A DNA stretch of 64,000 nucleotides from Geosiphon pyriformis uo1 (lineage: Eukaryota; Fungi; Glomeromycota), in contig JAAOMT010000366.1 in assembly GCA_016748015.1 (NCBI GenBank), forward strand, positions 4,334-68,333. Reading direction: 5' to 3'. Below are positions 1-14,600 of the stretch, one piece after another. The position numbers were made by a program, and so were the translations under genes. Position 1 is the first letter of the stretch; each line of letters opens with the position of its first letter. The notes below the pieces were generated by a model, which was given only the letters and a program-made list of their open reading frames with translations, was not told the origin of the DNA and did not search any database.

Positions 1-29
1 CTATCTACATGTATATAATATTGCAACGT

Positions 30-600
30 AGAACATAAAATGGCTGTCTAAAAAGATTACAACAAAAACATTAAAAATGATCAGATAATACATCCACCAA
101 GTACTAATTATCTTACTCGAAAATATTGTTCAAAAAGGGGTTAAATTACATTACTCAACTATTTCGGAGACATTTGAGAGTATCAGCTACATTATTTTCC
201 TAATGATTATAGAAAGGTACAGAAACATCAAAATTCTAATTAAAATAGGATGTTATTAACTAATGAAACGGTTTTTATGTTGTTTTGTAATATTAAATCA
301 CTAATATCGTTATGAAGACTAGTTTGTCACATTGGAAATTTTTTTTTTGCATAGGCAAATAATGATAGTTATTAATTTTTCAGAAACGCCCGCTAAAAAT
401 TCAGATGATAATCCCAAAAACACTCCAGGCATGCTAAAAAGATTTTTTATGAAAACATTCTAGAAGTCATAGACTAGCAATCGAATAGTCCTGATTTAAA
501 CCCTATCAAAATTTGTGGAGTATTATTAAAACAAAGGTAGAAATACGCATTTTGAATATTTGAGAGAAATTAAGATTAGTGTACAAGTATACACAAATTC
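30..600 (+). mobile_element. Degenerate Tc1/mariner (DDE_3) transposase relic
   Basis: Broken frames still give Tc1 motifs: LLTNETVF (FSDE-like, about 250-275), DDNPK-H (about 405-425) and D*QSNSPDLNPIK-LW (472-518, matching WPxxSPDLNPIENLW). Stops and frameshifts throughout. Confidence 0.7.
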
Positions 601-3600
601 TGATAAATTTTTAAACTAATTAATTTGATGTCAGATTTCCAATAAATAACAAAAAAATATAAATCCCTCCTCGAAAATCTTTACTCAAATTTCATTAGTC
701 ATGTCTATTTACAAGATTTTCTAATTTCATGAAACACAAAAATACTGTTTTTCATTTCAATGTTAACTCGAGAAGTTTTTACATTTCTGAATCTAACAAA
801 TAATGCTAAATTAATGATTCCTAATATTTGTGGAGTTTTTCTCAATCGTTCTGGCAAAATTTTACAATATTTACAGTTAAACCACAAACAATTTTAGTTT
901 ATTTATTTTTCATCCCCTCTTAGAAGACAAAATCCTTTTCAAATCACATTGCTTCTCAATGCCAATCAGCTCTCACAAATGTGCGGAATGCTTTCCTCAG
1001 GTTCAGGAACCCTATACAAGTAAATTATTTTTTTGGAATTTTGGATTGACTTTTTATCGAGGCTTCGTTATTTTTGAATATTGTAATGTTTTTGAAATTA
1101 CTTATTTCGAAAAATCTTGGTGTAAAGATTATATCATGACTTATATCATTGATGAAATCATCTAAAAATGCTATTTCATATCAACTTAAGATTAAGACCT
1201 AATAATTTTTAAAAAGTGTAAGAAAATAACGACTTAATTTGTTAAAATTTAATATTGTTTATTTCTTATTTTAAAAATAAGGAAATGTGATTAATTTAAT
1301 TTATGTTGATATAATTTTATATTTTAGCTAATAAATTTCAAGTTTAATATTAATATTGTTTATTCGATAATTCTCATTAAAATTTAAGTCAATTTATTTA
1401 CTAAAAAAAAGAAATTGAAGTAGTAAAAAAGTATTTTAGATTATGGGACAAACTGATAATTTATACTTTTTTATAACTTTGAAAAGCATTGTTTATATAA
1501 TAAACAAAAAAATTTCCAATTAATTATTTAAAATAAAATGCTTAATCACATAATATAAAATAAAATAATAAAGTAGTCTTTATAAATTTTACAATATATA
1601 AGCAAATTTATGAATAATTTTTAATAATAAATTGCTTACACAATTTTTAAGATTTAAACAACATTATGAATTAATTATAAATTTAATTGATGAAATTGAA
1701 AATTTTAATATGATTTGATTTTTACTTCAATTATAATAAAATTTCAATATTTTATTTGGTTATAATTCCCCAATTGAAAATATAGTAATATTTAAAAATT
1801 GTCCCTTTACGGTGTCGGTTAACTACATATAGGTACGTGTGATATTTTCGCCAAACAAAATTTTGTTTGGCTTATATTTAAACATTGAAAACAAAATGAA
1901 ACAAGAAATTGGAAGCACAGACAATTCAAATGGGAATTTTATACGTTGTAGTTCACTGATTTGTGTTACATAACTGTCTTTTTCAAAAGTTAAGAATTAA
2001 TTTCAATTAATCAAATATCAAAATACTACCTCTTATCAAAATTATGAGTGCTAAGAAAATGATGAAAGAAATAAAGCGCAACCTCACAAATATACGACAG
2101 TTCTTGGCTAAATCCAAAAGGACCAATAATCAAAAAATTTACCACATATTCTAAATACAAACAAAAAAATCCATTTATATGAAAAGCTATAAGACAACAA
2201 TGAAAGCCACTTTATGATATTTTTAATTATTTAGAGCTTAAGTACTCTTTAGAGACAGCTAGAACAGTTTATGATGCAGGAAATGGATCTATATAGCAGC
2301 AAAAAAGTCATTATTTCAAAAAATCAAGTGATCTCGCATATTGAATTCCTACTAATTCAATTTGCTCATTAAATTGGATTACTCTTTAATTATTTTTATT
2401 ACCATAAAATACTGTTCTTTCTTGCTATCCATTAGCATGTTACATGTGATCATAACAATAATATTAAGACTTATTTTTATTTTCAAGTTAAAATTAAATT
2501 GAGAATTTTACTTATTATTTAAAATTAATAAACCCAAAAAAAATTACAAAAAATTTTGATATTTAATATTTTTGCAAATAATTAATATTAAATAATAAAA
2601 CAAAATATTATCAATAATTAAACAACATTAAATGCATATAATTTTAAAAAAAACATTCAAATCTGTTTAAATAATACATTCTTGGAAAAAAAGCACATTA
2701 AGTCAAAATTTGAAATTTTTCAGTGATAAGTAAACAAATATATAAGCAAACTTAACAAATAATTATAAATGCATATTTAATATTTTATTAGTTAAAATTT
2801 GACTTAATATTTAAAATAAAATTATTGTATTAAAATATTTTTGCTAAATTAATTATGCTTAAATTTAAAATAATATTATTTATAAAAGAACTTCTATTTC
2901 GGGTCCTATTGAAAAAGTCAAAAGATTTTCAACCTAATAAGCTTTTTTTCTACAATCATAATGAAAAAATTTTCTTCTCCTAATTTTCATAATTGTAACC
3001 AAAACAAAAAGTAAAAAAAAGAACCACAACTTGTTTACAGTAAATAAAAGTATTAAAATTTCTTTTATTTATAAAAAAACTAAAATCAAACATTGAAAAA
3101 TGCTTTTTTTGACTTTTTTTATAATAAAACAGTCTTTAACTAATTTAAAAGCATTGTTACTTAAATAATAATAATAATAATTGTATTAATTAGCCGATCA
3201 AATATTAGCATTATATAAAAAATATAATATTCAAAATTTCAAAAATACCAAAAAGAATACAAGAAATTTTAAGAATGCTAAAAATACCAAAGAATATTAA
3301 AAAAATGTCAAAATACTTAAAAATATTAGAGTATTTCATATTAATAAAAATAAATGTATATATACAGATAATCTAGTAAAAATACATACTATTAGCATAA
3401 AATTAGCTTAGTAAATAAGATAACTTACTAAAAAATACAAAAAAAATTAGATATAGAATTGTAGAAAGCCACCACATAATTAAATCTTTGTTTTTATTTC
3501 AAATTTTTAAAATTATAAATTTCTTAAAAAATTAATTTTATATTAAACTTAATACAAAATAATTTATTATTATATAAAAAGTTTGTATTAAACTTGTAAT

Positions 3601-6106
3601 TTTAAATACTTAAAACAGCAATTGAAAAAAATGCCAAATTAAAATTTAATTGATTACAAGTATTAATTGAATCCACAGTAAACTTTTATAAATCATTGTT
3701 AATTTTGATGATTTTCTATTGTTGGATGAGAGTCATACCCATATTTCTACTCATTTTGTAAGATACACGGATTCAATAAAGGGAATGAAATAAATTTTTA
3801 TTATACTTTTCTCTAATTTTAAATAGAATAGCTAATTGTAAACGATTTAACAACGAATTTTTGAGAAATGGATATATTCAACTTCAGATTCAATTATTAG
3901 TATTTTTGATATTAAATATAGAAGAAGTCCTTTGTAGAACTTTCTTATAGATATTCTGTTAAAGATTAACCAATAAAAAGGATTTTGTTGTTTATTCAAT
4001 TAATATACTCTAGCATTAAATAGAATAAAATAAATACATCTTTTTTCAATTAGATGTTATTCTTATTAGTCAATGTATTTCTTCAAGTAGCCTATCTTCA
4101 ATCAATGAAATTTACGTTACAATTTCTTTCCAAAAATTATAGAAACAATTATACTTTTAACAGGCTAAATGTGGAGATTTCAGGCAATGTTTAATAAATT
4201 CAAACAAAAATTTCTTGACCTTCAAACCGAAATTCATATTATGTGTTTGATCTTGTTTAAAAAATTTTATAGCAATTCGTAAAGCCAAAAGTTGAAGATA
4301 TCCAAATTTTTAAATATTTTTAATTTTTGTTAAATATTGTCTAAAACCTTAAAAGACTAATTTCTTTAGGAAAACCTAAATAGTTATGCAAAAAACTTAT
4401 ACTTTTCAATATATAGTAACTATTCAAAAACTTCTAACACGATATGAAAATGAGAAACAATAGTATTTAAGATAAATATTAAAAAGCATTTGCCTAAAAT
4501 AAAGACAGATTCCTTGCCTTTCAAATTATTTTAGGAATTGGTTTGAAAATTTTGTGGAATAAACAAAATTTCATTTTTTCGCATTACAAATTTCAATTTC
4601 ATTAATAAAATATAAATTTAAGACCATATACTTTTTTTTTTTTTTTACAAAACTACATGTACTCCAAACAGTATAAAAGTTCAAAAAATATTTAATCTTC
4701 GAATTTTGGGAGCTATTTTCTGTTTATGGAACTTTTATATTCTATAAATAATATCAAAATATATGTCCTTGATTTAGATCTTAGCGAACTTTTCAATATT
4801 AGAGGAACTCTTTATAGTACCCAGGTACCTTATATGAAATTAAGTTCATAGATAAGAATATGGTCAAAGAAGATATAGTAATCTTTTTAAATGATTAATA
4901 TATTATACATTCACAAATATTCCCTAAAGAGATTTCTGAAAGCATGTTTTATAAAGCAATAGCGTATCAAAAAATTTTGCAAACTAGCAAAGCTATAATA
5001 TTGAACCAAAGTCAATTAAAGTTCAAAAGAGTCTGATTTAATTCGATTACAAACCCTGGTGTTACTGGGTATTACTGCTTGCACAAACTTTTGAATTGAA
5101 AATTTACAAGACATAAAAAATCTCTAATTAGCATAGCATGCACAGCGGTAGCAAAATATCTAGAAAAATCTTTCTTATATTGATGGATCGAATGATTTTT
5201 CTTTTATTTATAAGTACAAATATGAACAAAACTTCTTTGAAATTTTTTTACTAATGGGTAGAATGGTTTAATGAACACAAAATACTATAGTAGTATTGCT
5301 ATAAATAATGTAATTAAATTTATCAATTATCTAATTAAAGTTAAAAAATAGAATTGACGTTCAAGTTTAATATTTTGAATAAAATTTGCTCATGTCAGAA
5401 ATGAGAAAAAAGATTATTTAGCATGGAAAATACATATATCAATCTACAAAAATAATTTTAAAAAAATCAAAATTGAACATATTTCAAAATGAATAATGAG
5501 TAAGGAATTATAAATTGCAAATTTAAAAAGATTTCTAAAGTACATTCTAAAATTTGCTAAAGGAATAAATATAAATATATCCGGAATAATGACCAAGTAT
5601 GTTTTCTGTTAACAATGATTAGAATAGAAATAAATTTTGAATCAAATATGCCATAATAAAATATTAAAGCCTACAGTCATTATATGCACTGGTTATAATA
5701 GATTTGGAAGCAAAAATTAATTTATTGCCTTTTAATATAAACATTTAAGCTTCAAAAGAGAAGAATATTGAATTTTTTTAACATAGTTTTTAGCGAATTC
5801 ATTCCAATGATAGCATAATCCTCTTCATAATAAACAATTTGTTATTTTATTTTTTAAGTAAATCTATTATTTATTTAAATTGTTAATATTTCTCTCCCAT
5901 TCTCTGAAAGTTAATTCGAGTATATAAAATAATTTCTGCTTTGAATTGGTTTTAAATATATAAATTTGCGATGAAAAGTTTCTAAAGAAAACTAAACAGT
6001 TGATAAAATAGGGAAAACTACAAGGAATATTTTCTGAAATTAAAAATAGTTTTACTCACATGTCCATACAGTATATTAAAACTCCCGATACAACCTCACA
6101 GCTTTT

Positions 6107-7627
6107 TCATCTATTGCTCAACACCTTATTCATAAAATACATGTTATTCAGATCATATTGGGCAATTGCATAACCTTGTTTAGTAGCAGCAGCTCGATAC
6201 CATTTCACAACTTCTTCATTCGATTGTTCAACTCCTTGGCCTTCCAAATACATATGACCCAGATTGTATTGCGCTTCTTTATGTCCCTGTGCGGCAGCAG
6301 CCCGATACCACTTCACAGCTTTCTCTTCTGATCGTTTCACTGCTCGGGCATTCAAATACACATTACCCAGATTGGTTTGCGTAATTACATCCCCTTGTTC
6401 AGCAGCAGCTCGATACCACTTCTCAGTTTCCCAATTCGTTTGTTTCACTCCTCCCTAGGACACCTGAATTGTGTTGTGACTGTGCGTCACCTTGGTTACT
6501 AGTAATTTACAGCTCCAAAAAATTGCTAATTTTTAAAAATTTCTCAAATTCTTGTTAGACATTAATTATTATTGGACGGTCTATTATTATCTTATTGAAT
6601 AAATATGAATTCAATATTCACCATACTGAAACAAAAAGATTTAGAAATCACTTCTATCTTTTATGATACCTGAACAGCATTTTCGATAAAGCTGAACATA
6701 TAAAATATTCAACTGATGAGAGAGCGATCCTCCTAGTTCAGTTTTGAAAATTTTCACACAACATTTTCTTGTCCCATTTAAAATTTCATCAGCTAATGTG
6801 GGATCTCTTAAACGGTGGTTAACTGTTTGGAATTTCCCATAGCAAAACGCCCAACGAATAGATATCGTATGCTGTGATATAGCTATATGTTTCATATACA
6901 AAGCTAACTGGATCTCTATAAGGAACTAACCCAAAACCATAGCATAATGAAATTGTATTATTTTCTGATTTTTATGTATGAGAACATTTTTGAGTGCATA
7001 AATTATAAAAAATTCTTAGATCTTATAATTTGACTTTAAAAGTCTTTCCGTTTAAATAAAATAACTCACTAAATCCTTATGCAATATCTTGTTCTCATGC
7101 AAATATGTTATAACGTCGATTGTATTTTTCCCTAGATCAATTTTCTTACTGATCCCAAGCAATTCAAAATGATTCTTTAAATAGTCTCGAAGTATGCCAT
7201 TTGCATATTGGAATACAAGAATATAGTCTCCGCTGAGACCTAAAATATGGCATAATTTAATCTTCTCTGTTTTGTAAACTAGAATAAATTTATTATAATA
7301 GAAATCTGGTTTCAAACCTTGTGTTAAACCTAAAAATTGAGTGATATATAGGTTTTCTCTATTACCCAGATTGTATAATATTTTCACCTTTATAGAAAAG
7401 TTTAAACAATATTTTAAGCTAGAAAGATTAAATATTCTCCGAATAATACCTCACGTTTGAAATTTTTTCTCTCTTTGTGTAATTTGCTTGCTGAAAAGTC
7501 TCTTAAATGCAACCTTAATACCTTTTTATTACAATATGCAACATCTATAGCCACCTTTCCCAATAAGAGTAGTCATGCCAAATTCCACGAATTCTATGTT
7601 AAATATTAGATCAATATCAGTTTTCAT
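6107..7627 (-). pseudogene. TKL-type protein kinase + SEL1-repeat pseudogene
   Basis: Minus-strand motifs in the correct order: GKGGY loop and VAFK (7500-7565), YLHENKILHKDL (7070-7110), HSKNVL, DIYSLGVLLWEI (about 6831-6866), YVQLYRKC, then SEL1 repeats (AQYNLGHMYLEGQGVEQSNEEVVKWYRAAA, 6107-6448). Several stops and frameshifts; no intact DFG. Confidence 0.85.
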
Positions 7628-7649
7628 TGGTTATTAATAAGGAATCTTT

Positions 7650-7733
7650 GAAATAACTTGTAGTTCACCAAAATGTACCTTTAGTTCGCTGAAATATTAG
7701 CAAAGGAAAAAGTGCTAGATTATAGAATAGTAC
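7650..7733. repeat. Dispersed ~84-bp repeat, second copy at 24791-24873; probable transposon terminus
   Basis: gaaataacttg...ttcaccaaaatgtaccttta...aaatattagcaaa...agtgctagat(t/c)atagaatagtac occurs at both sites, and similarity stops at the same base. The 24.7-kb copy is preceded by further ttcac/tttgc-tgaaata sub-repeats. Confidence 0.6.
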
Positions 7734-8429
7734 TCCGTATCACAAAAAACGAGCAACTAGAAAGTTACTAAATTCACTCAATTAAATATTGGGTTCAATC
7801 ACTTTAATTTTATATATGTATAAGAGACTATTCTATTTATTATTATTATTATTATTATTATTTTAAGAATATTATAATTTCGGGATTAAATTCATTTTTA
7901 ATTAAGACTTTAGAGATTTAAAATATATTTAAGTTTTATTAATTTAAATTACATGAGGAATTTACTTGAGGCAATCTTATTCATGAGTAATTGCTTTTTA
8001 TTATTAGTTGTGAATGAACCTTTAAATTTTTATTGATTTATATACTTTGAAATATGGTATTGACTTGTATTTATTCAAAGAATTAGTTACTATTGAGACT
8101 TTCTATTTTTACCTAAAATTATAATGTATATATTTTTAAATATTTAAAGTTAAGCGGGTTTCAATGTTATGCTTCACTATGATTTCTCTTGCTGAAAATT
8201 GCTCAATTCCATTCTCAAAATGGAAACAAATTGGCTTTTAAAATTTCAAGGTAAGTATTTGCATTTATTTTTTCACCATTTTTTTTGTACTTATCCCATA
8301 ATACTAATGATCCTTTTAATCCTCTCGCGAAACAACCCAAATTATTATCCACTTTTGAAAGTAGGGACTAAGCAATTAGTATTGAATTTTTCTCCAGTGT
8401 CCCGCCAAACTCTCGGTTGTTGTGATTGC

Positions 8430-9650
8430 TTCCCAATTTTCATCATAGAAGATAAATTGTAAGCATTTTTATTTTTATTTTCCTCCACCTAATGGGAATA
8501 TAAGCATGTGTTTCTGAGATATAAAGGTTTTTTGCTGCGATACGTGAGTGAAGTTCAGAGTTGTAGAGTACATTTGCGGCAGTTGACAATTTTGTAGTGG
8601 TGTCGTTTTTCCTTGGCTTTACACATTAATAAATCTTTTTCTTGGTTGCTAGGAATTTGTGGTCTTCCAAAAATTGGTAAGTTTTGACGTTTTCCTGTTC
8701 TTTGGTACTTGTGATTAAAGCACCATATTGTTGTATGTTGCTTTTGCTGGCGTGGTTCCAGTTTTCCCAGTTGATTTGGGAAAGTTTCTCAGTTTGTAAA
8801 TGATAATTTTCAGATGTGGAAAGGGTTATTGGCTTTAGGAAATATTCAATAATCTCTGTGAAATTATGTATAACTTGGGGTAATTCATGCTGAAAAATAT
8901 TGCATTGTATAATTCTAATATCTGATATATTAAATAAAATGTTGGGCATAGTAATTGAATATCTGTTCATTGAATTCAAAATTTATTGGGTGATGGTAGG
9001 TTTGGAACAAATATAAGCTTTTTGATACATTCTAAAAAATGGAATTGTAATTATTTAAGAGAGTTTCAAAGTTTTTTTGAGAATTAAGAATTGTATTTAC
9101 TGGGATAGTGAAATGACATGTTAGAGCAAAATCCTTGAGTCTTATGTTTATTAATGCTTAACTTCATTTGGTTCAATTGTTAATTTTATTTTGGAGCATG
9201 TTATTTTTCAGAAGCTGGTAATTTAAATAATCTGATTTAGATAACTTAATATTGTGAATCAATAATACCAACTATTTTTGGGTTTTGATTGTAGATTTGA
9301 AATAGTAAACAATATTAATAAAAATATGTAAAAATTTTGAAACATTAAAAAGCCAATTATTATAAGATTATGTATTAATTTTAATTTCAAATTTTTTTGT
9401 ATTTAATTTAGATTATAGTTAGATTGTGCCACTTTTTTGTTTTATTGGTTTTTATTGCTAATTACTTATTTTTTTAAGATTAATTAAATTGATAAATGAA
9501 GTGTGTTGCCTTAAATTATTTTTACTTAATTTTGTTGCTAATTTTTATATAAAAATTATAATTTCAGCAGCATAGCACCATATTAACAGGTTTGGTACAG
9601 TTAGCTTTTTTTATTGCTGCTTCTGTTTTTTTTTATTTTCAGGACATGGT
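8430..9650 (-). mobile_element. Probable non-LTR retrotransposon fragment (post-RT region)
   Basis: Strand-skewed, semi-open minus frames (LINIRLKDF, INWENW, CRKC) resembling the post-RT segment of fungal LINEs. No catalytic motif recovered. Confidence 0.35.
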
Positions 9651-10199
9651 TTATATATTTAATATTAAAATACAAATTTGCTTAATAAATATATTTTTTA
9701 ATTCTACAACAAATTATTTTAAAATTTAAGAATCTAAATAATAAGTATTTAATTCAAATTGTTTAATAATTTATAAAAAATTATTGAACTCTTCTAAATT
9801 AGTATTAATATTTTTTGTTGGCTTTTGTTTAATGTTTTTAAATTAGGTTAAAAAGCAATTAAGATGTTTTTATTGGTAAAATACTTAATTAAATTATCTT
9901 TAAATCAGCAAATAAAATAAATACAACTGATTGGCTTTGAAGTTATTTGGTTGCTGTATTTACTAAACGAAATAAAATTATTTTAAAACCTTTAGCCATT
10001 AATAAGTATTGGCTTTAACTGTTTTTGCAACTTTGTTAAATTATTTTTTCTTGAAAATTTTGAAATTTTGAAATTTAATATGATATAATTATTTTTTTGG
10101 TATTTTTTTTTAATTTACTTCCGTTCTTGAAGTTTTTAAAATAATAAATAAATCAGTTTTGTGCTGGTTTTTAGTTGCTAAAAAGTGGTTTTAATAAAC

Positions 10200-11300
10200 T
10201 TTTGTTTTAAAAAACAGACTTAATAAATGCTAAAAAATACCAAATATTAAAAAGCTTTTTAATTCAAGTATTTGAAGTTATTATAAAATTAATTTGGAAA
10301 ATAAAATGCTATTATTACAAGATAAAATATTATGTTCACAAATAGCAAAGAGAACAAATCATCAAAAATCTTTATTAGAAAAAATTAAATTAAATAAGTA
10401 AATAATTTAATTGATTTAATTAGTTTTATAAAAATTACAGCTATTGATTTTTTTGATAATTTAAAGTTTAATATAGTTTGTATTGTTAAAAAAAAATAAG
10501 ACAACTGTTATAATTTTATGTTTTAATCACCATTTTTGAAATTCAATAACAAATATCTATTGTTTTTATAATACTTAAATAGTTAAATGGCTTTTATAGC
10601 TTTAAAAAATTTCATTTATTATTTTTAAAAAAAATAGTTGACTAATTTTATAATAAAATTAATAATTAGATTAATAAAGATTAAATATTGTTAAAGTTTT
10701 GAGTTTTTACAAAAATAAATTAATGTTATTTTGCATTAAATTATTTAAAGCTATTGTTACAGATTGAAATAATATGCTAATACATAAAAAAACAAGTATT
10801 GTACAGCAATAAAACAATTAAAATATATTCAACAGAAGTAAGTTACATTTTGTATCAATTAAATATATATGTTTAGTTTTTATAAACATCTTAATTGCTA
10901 ATTTTGTCAAAAAAATTTGAAATACTATAGTTTTATGCCTTAATTAATGTTTTCAAAATTCAATAATAGATATTGTTTGTATTTTTTAGTAATTATTTAT
11001 TTAAAAATACTTTTCAAAAGCTTACAATATATATAATAAGAAAGAAAATTAGATTTTTTATTTTACATGTTCAAATTAAAAGATATAAGAACATTAATTT
11101 ATTATTCTTAGACTATAAATTATTGATCAAATTAATAATTACATCAATAATTAATTCTAAAATTAGAGTGACTTATATATATAACTAAATATAGTTGAAT
11201 AATTAATAAAAATAAAAAAATTGAATTATAACACTATAATTTACTTATTAAAAATAACATGCTTAAAAGTTGCAGTTATTTTAAAACTGAAGTTAAAAAT
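10200..11300 (+). mobile_element. Heavily mutated Ty3/Gypsy integrase relic
   Basis: Ordered remnants QREQIIK, NNKYLL...KW, IVTD and SNKTIK correspond to the HHCC-proximal, GNKYLLV-DxxSKW, IxTDxG and ERxNxT motifs. Very degraded. Confidence 0.4.
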
Positions 11301-12329
11301 AATCAACCAAAGTTTGAATTTAAATTACAATTAAACAACCAGTAAATAAAACTGATTAATTTTTTTAACCTAATAATTCTAAAAATATTTTATTATTTGT
11401 TTTTAATTGAAAATTAAAGCAATTAAATTTATGTCAATATTAACAAAATTGCTGTTTTAAATGCACAGTTATCAAAGATAATTATCTTAATTCTATCGTT
11501 AATTACTTATATAATATTATCTAATTGTAATACTACTAATGCAAAAATGCAAAAATGCAAAAAAAAACTTCCAAAAAATTTGAAGCTGGTAACTAGTTTT
11601 TAAAGTATAAAATATATAGTTGTTATTTACTGTATATTGAATTTCTACACAAATTTTACAAACATTATCAACAATTTTGTATAAAAAAAAACAAACAAAA
11701 ACAATATTTTGTCTAAATTAATTTATTTGTAAAAACTGTTTTTTTTCATATAATGTCCAATATTATTAAAATTATCTATCATAATATATGTATTTAAAAG
11801 ATTTATTCATCTAAAAATTGTCTAAAATTTGAAAATTCATGCCAAGTTACATTCACAAATTAAAACAACTCTAATTTTACCCTAATCGAATGCAGAGAAT
11901 TGAAATTAAGTGCTTTAAAAACGCAAATTTTGGGAAAACTTATTATTTCAAATTTTATTTATTAAATATAATCAGCTTAAAATTAATAAAAACTATTTGT
12001 AATTTTAAATCTTTGTTTCTTTTATTGAATAATTTACAATATTTAATTCAAAGCTTTTTTTTCTTTTTTTATTATCTCACTTATTTATTGTTTTTAATTC
12101 TTCATATATGTTTTTACTTATTAGTTCCAAATTTAAATTAAATCAAAGATTCATTTTTTGATTAACTAATAAATCAAAATCAATATTATTTGAAAATTTG
12201 GTCTTTGATATACAATTTTTAAATATTTATTTAAAAGTATTTATAGAAAATATACAGAAATATTTTAAATCACGTTTTTTTTGTGCATAAATTAATCAAG
12301 GTATTTATTGATTTTATACAAACAATACT

Positions 12330-12620
12330 ATTTGATTGTGCTTCTATTTGCAGCAATTACATAATTCCGATCAAATTTTCAAAACAAATGTATTCAGAAA
12401 GAGCATTTCAGGCTTGTTTAATTACCATTTAAGTTCTGGATGATTAAATAGTGGTGTGAAGTACGACAACAATCATAACTTTCAAAGATTCTCAATTGGA
12501 CTACGGTAATATCGCAATTCCAGCTGTGTCAACTTTGGAATCATATGGAATGATATTTTCTTGCGAAAAATATTTTCCATTAAGTCCTTGTCAGAATTGT
12601 GTGAAAACGTTTTTTCATGA
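12330..12620 (-). mobile_element. Tc1/mariner C-terminal relic
   Basis: Minus strand reads SP-IENL*KVM ... ELK-VIKQA*NAL ... VIAANRST, the typical Tc1 C-terminus with W codons turned to stops. Confidence 0.5.
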
Positions 12621-13678
12621 AAAAGAATCTTTTTGATATTTTAAGTTTTATAATTTGACTTGTTTCTTATGATGTGTTTTAGTCATTGCAGATTTACATT
12701 GGAATGTAAGATTACAATCTATTATATGTTCAAAAAAAAATTCTATACAAAAGTACACAGATATGATAACATAGAGCCATCGATTATAAACAAAAATAAC
12801 GTGGTCGCATAATTTTAGCCGTCCCCTATGGAATGATAATAATTAAATTTTTATTATTATTCAAATAAGAGTTTTTTCAATTTTATTAAGTAAATAAATG
12901 AATAACTAAATGACGCAATTAACTCAAAAAATTGATAGTCTAGATGTTTGATAGATAAGCTAATTAAAGAATTTAGTATGAAGGGAGTTAGAAAAAGAAT
13001 ATGAAATTTACGCTTTAAAAAACGGGGGTATTCGTATAACGCAATAAAGGTCTGTTTCCATGGCGATCAAAAAAGGAAGGAGGAAACATCTATTGGACTC
13101 GAGTAATTTGCTTTAATGTTTGGAGGCGCTTTCGTCTATGAAATATGAACACCATGTTCTTTATGCTGTGGCCATTTATATTAATCAGTCTAATGTATTA
13201 ATTTTTGCATAAGAGATATGGGTCCCACGGTTTTAAGGGTGAATTTGATTTCCCATACTGATTGTATTTAGCCATTTTAGGATAGCCGAGTCAAAAAAAA
13301 ATGAGTCATGAGGATCTGCTTAATATTACGTTAGTCATGAGGATCCGCGTAATAATATAAAAAATTTCCAGAAAGTACTAAGGTTTCAAAAAGTGATGCT
13401 TTGTTTTTAATGACCACATATTAAAAACTCAGGAGGTTATCTTCAAATCAATTTTACTAAAAATGTCTAGTTAACCCCACCCTTGTATTCTTGGATTCTT
13501 TTTTTCGCGTCAAAAACAAACGCGTAATTTTTGATAAACTTAGAGACAGTAACACATATAAAGAGGTGCTCTCTGCTTTTAGGCAAAATTTTATCCTATA
13601 TGGGATTACTCTTACCTTTATCGACTACCAACGACGAATTACCGGCGTCCACCAACTCACTAACACAACAGCTATAAC

Positions 13679-13698
13679 NNNNNNNNNNNNNNNNNNNN
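13679..13698. other. Assembly gap (20 N)
   Basis: Run of N bases. Confidence 1.
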
Positions 13699-13884
13699 AT
13701 ACCTCTGTGCGTGCACCCGTTCTTCCGAATGTCTGCTTCCACTTACGGTCAATGACATGAATTGTTATACCTCTGTGCGTGCACCCGTTCTTCCGAATGT
13801 CTGCTTCCACTTACGGTCAATGACATGAATTGTTATACCTCTGTGCATGCACCCGTTCTGCCGAATGTCTGCTCCACTTACGGT
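13699..13884 (+). repeat. 68-bp tandem repeat (about 2.7 copies) abutting the gap
   Basis: Unit atacctctgtgcgtgcacccgttcttccgaatgtctgcttccacttacggtcaatgacatgaattgtt starts at 13699 and 13767 (identical) and at 13835 (diverged, partial). Confidence 0.95.
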
Positions 13885-14008
13885 TATTGATGTGCATCAT
13901 GGGTTAAACTCTTCCTATCTACTATCTAGTGAAACCACAGCCAAGGGAACAGGCTTGGCAAAATCGGCGGGAAAAGAAGACCCTATTGAGATTGACTCTA
14001 GTTTGACA
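13884..14008 (+). pseudogene. Isolated ~125-bp 28S/25S rRNA fragment
   Basis: cctatctactatctagtgaaaccacagccaagggaacaggcttggcaaaatcggcgggaaaagaagaccctattgagattgactctagtttgaca matches the conserved eukaryotic LSU block CCTATCTACTATCTAGCGAAACCACAGCCAAGGGAACGGGCTTGGC...GACTCTAGTTTGACA. It has CpG>TpG/CpA changes and a ~10-nt deletion; flanks are not rDNA. Confidence 0.92.
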
Positions 14009-14039
14009 CCAACAATTGACGGATAATCACTGCTCACCA

Positions 14040-14600
14040 ATAATTCGCAAATTCAACATTCGAATAACCACCGGCCATCAATAATTTGCAACTCAACATT
14101 CGAATAGCCACCAGCCATCAATAATTCGCAACTCAACATTCGAATAACCACCGGCCATCAATAATTCGCAACTCAACATTCGAATAACCACCGGCCATCA
14201 ATAATTCGCAACTCAACATTCGAATAACCACTGGCCATCAATAATTCGCAACTCAACATTCGAATAACCACTGGCCATTAATAATTCGAAACTCAACATT
14301 CGAATAACCACTGGCCATCAATAATTCGCAACTCAACATTCGAATAACCACTGGCCATCAATAATTCGAAACTCAACATTCAAATAACCACCGGCCATCA
14401 ATAATTCGCAACTCAACATTCAAATAACCACCGGCCATCAATAATTCGCAACTCAACATTCAAATAACCACCGGCCATCAATAATTCGAAACTCAACATT
14501 CGAATAACCACCAGCCATCAATAATTCGAAACTCAACATTCGAATAACCACCAGCCATCAATAATTCGAAACTCAACATTCGAATAACCACCGGCCACCA
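14040..14600 (+). repeat. 40-bp minisatellite, 14 copies
   Basis: Consensus ataattcgcaactcaacattcgaataaccaccggccatca with an exact 40-nt period from 14081; degenerate tail to about 14663; no spacers. Confidence 0.98.

Noticed and set aside
13884-14008. Functional rRNA gene
   Set aside because: Only about 125 bp, mutated at conserved positions, with no flanking rDNA.
14040-14600. CRISPR-like array
   Set aside because: Units are contiguous with no unique spacers, there are no cas genes, and the context is eukaryotic; it is a minisatellite.
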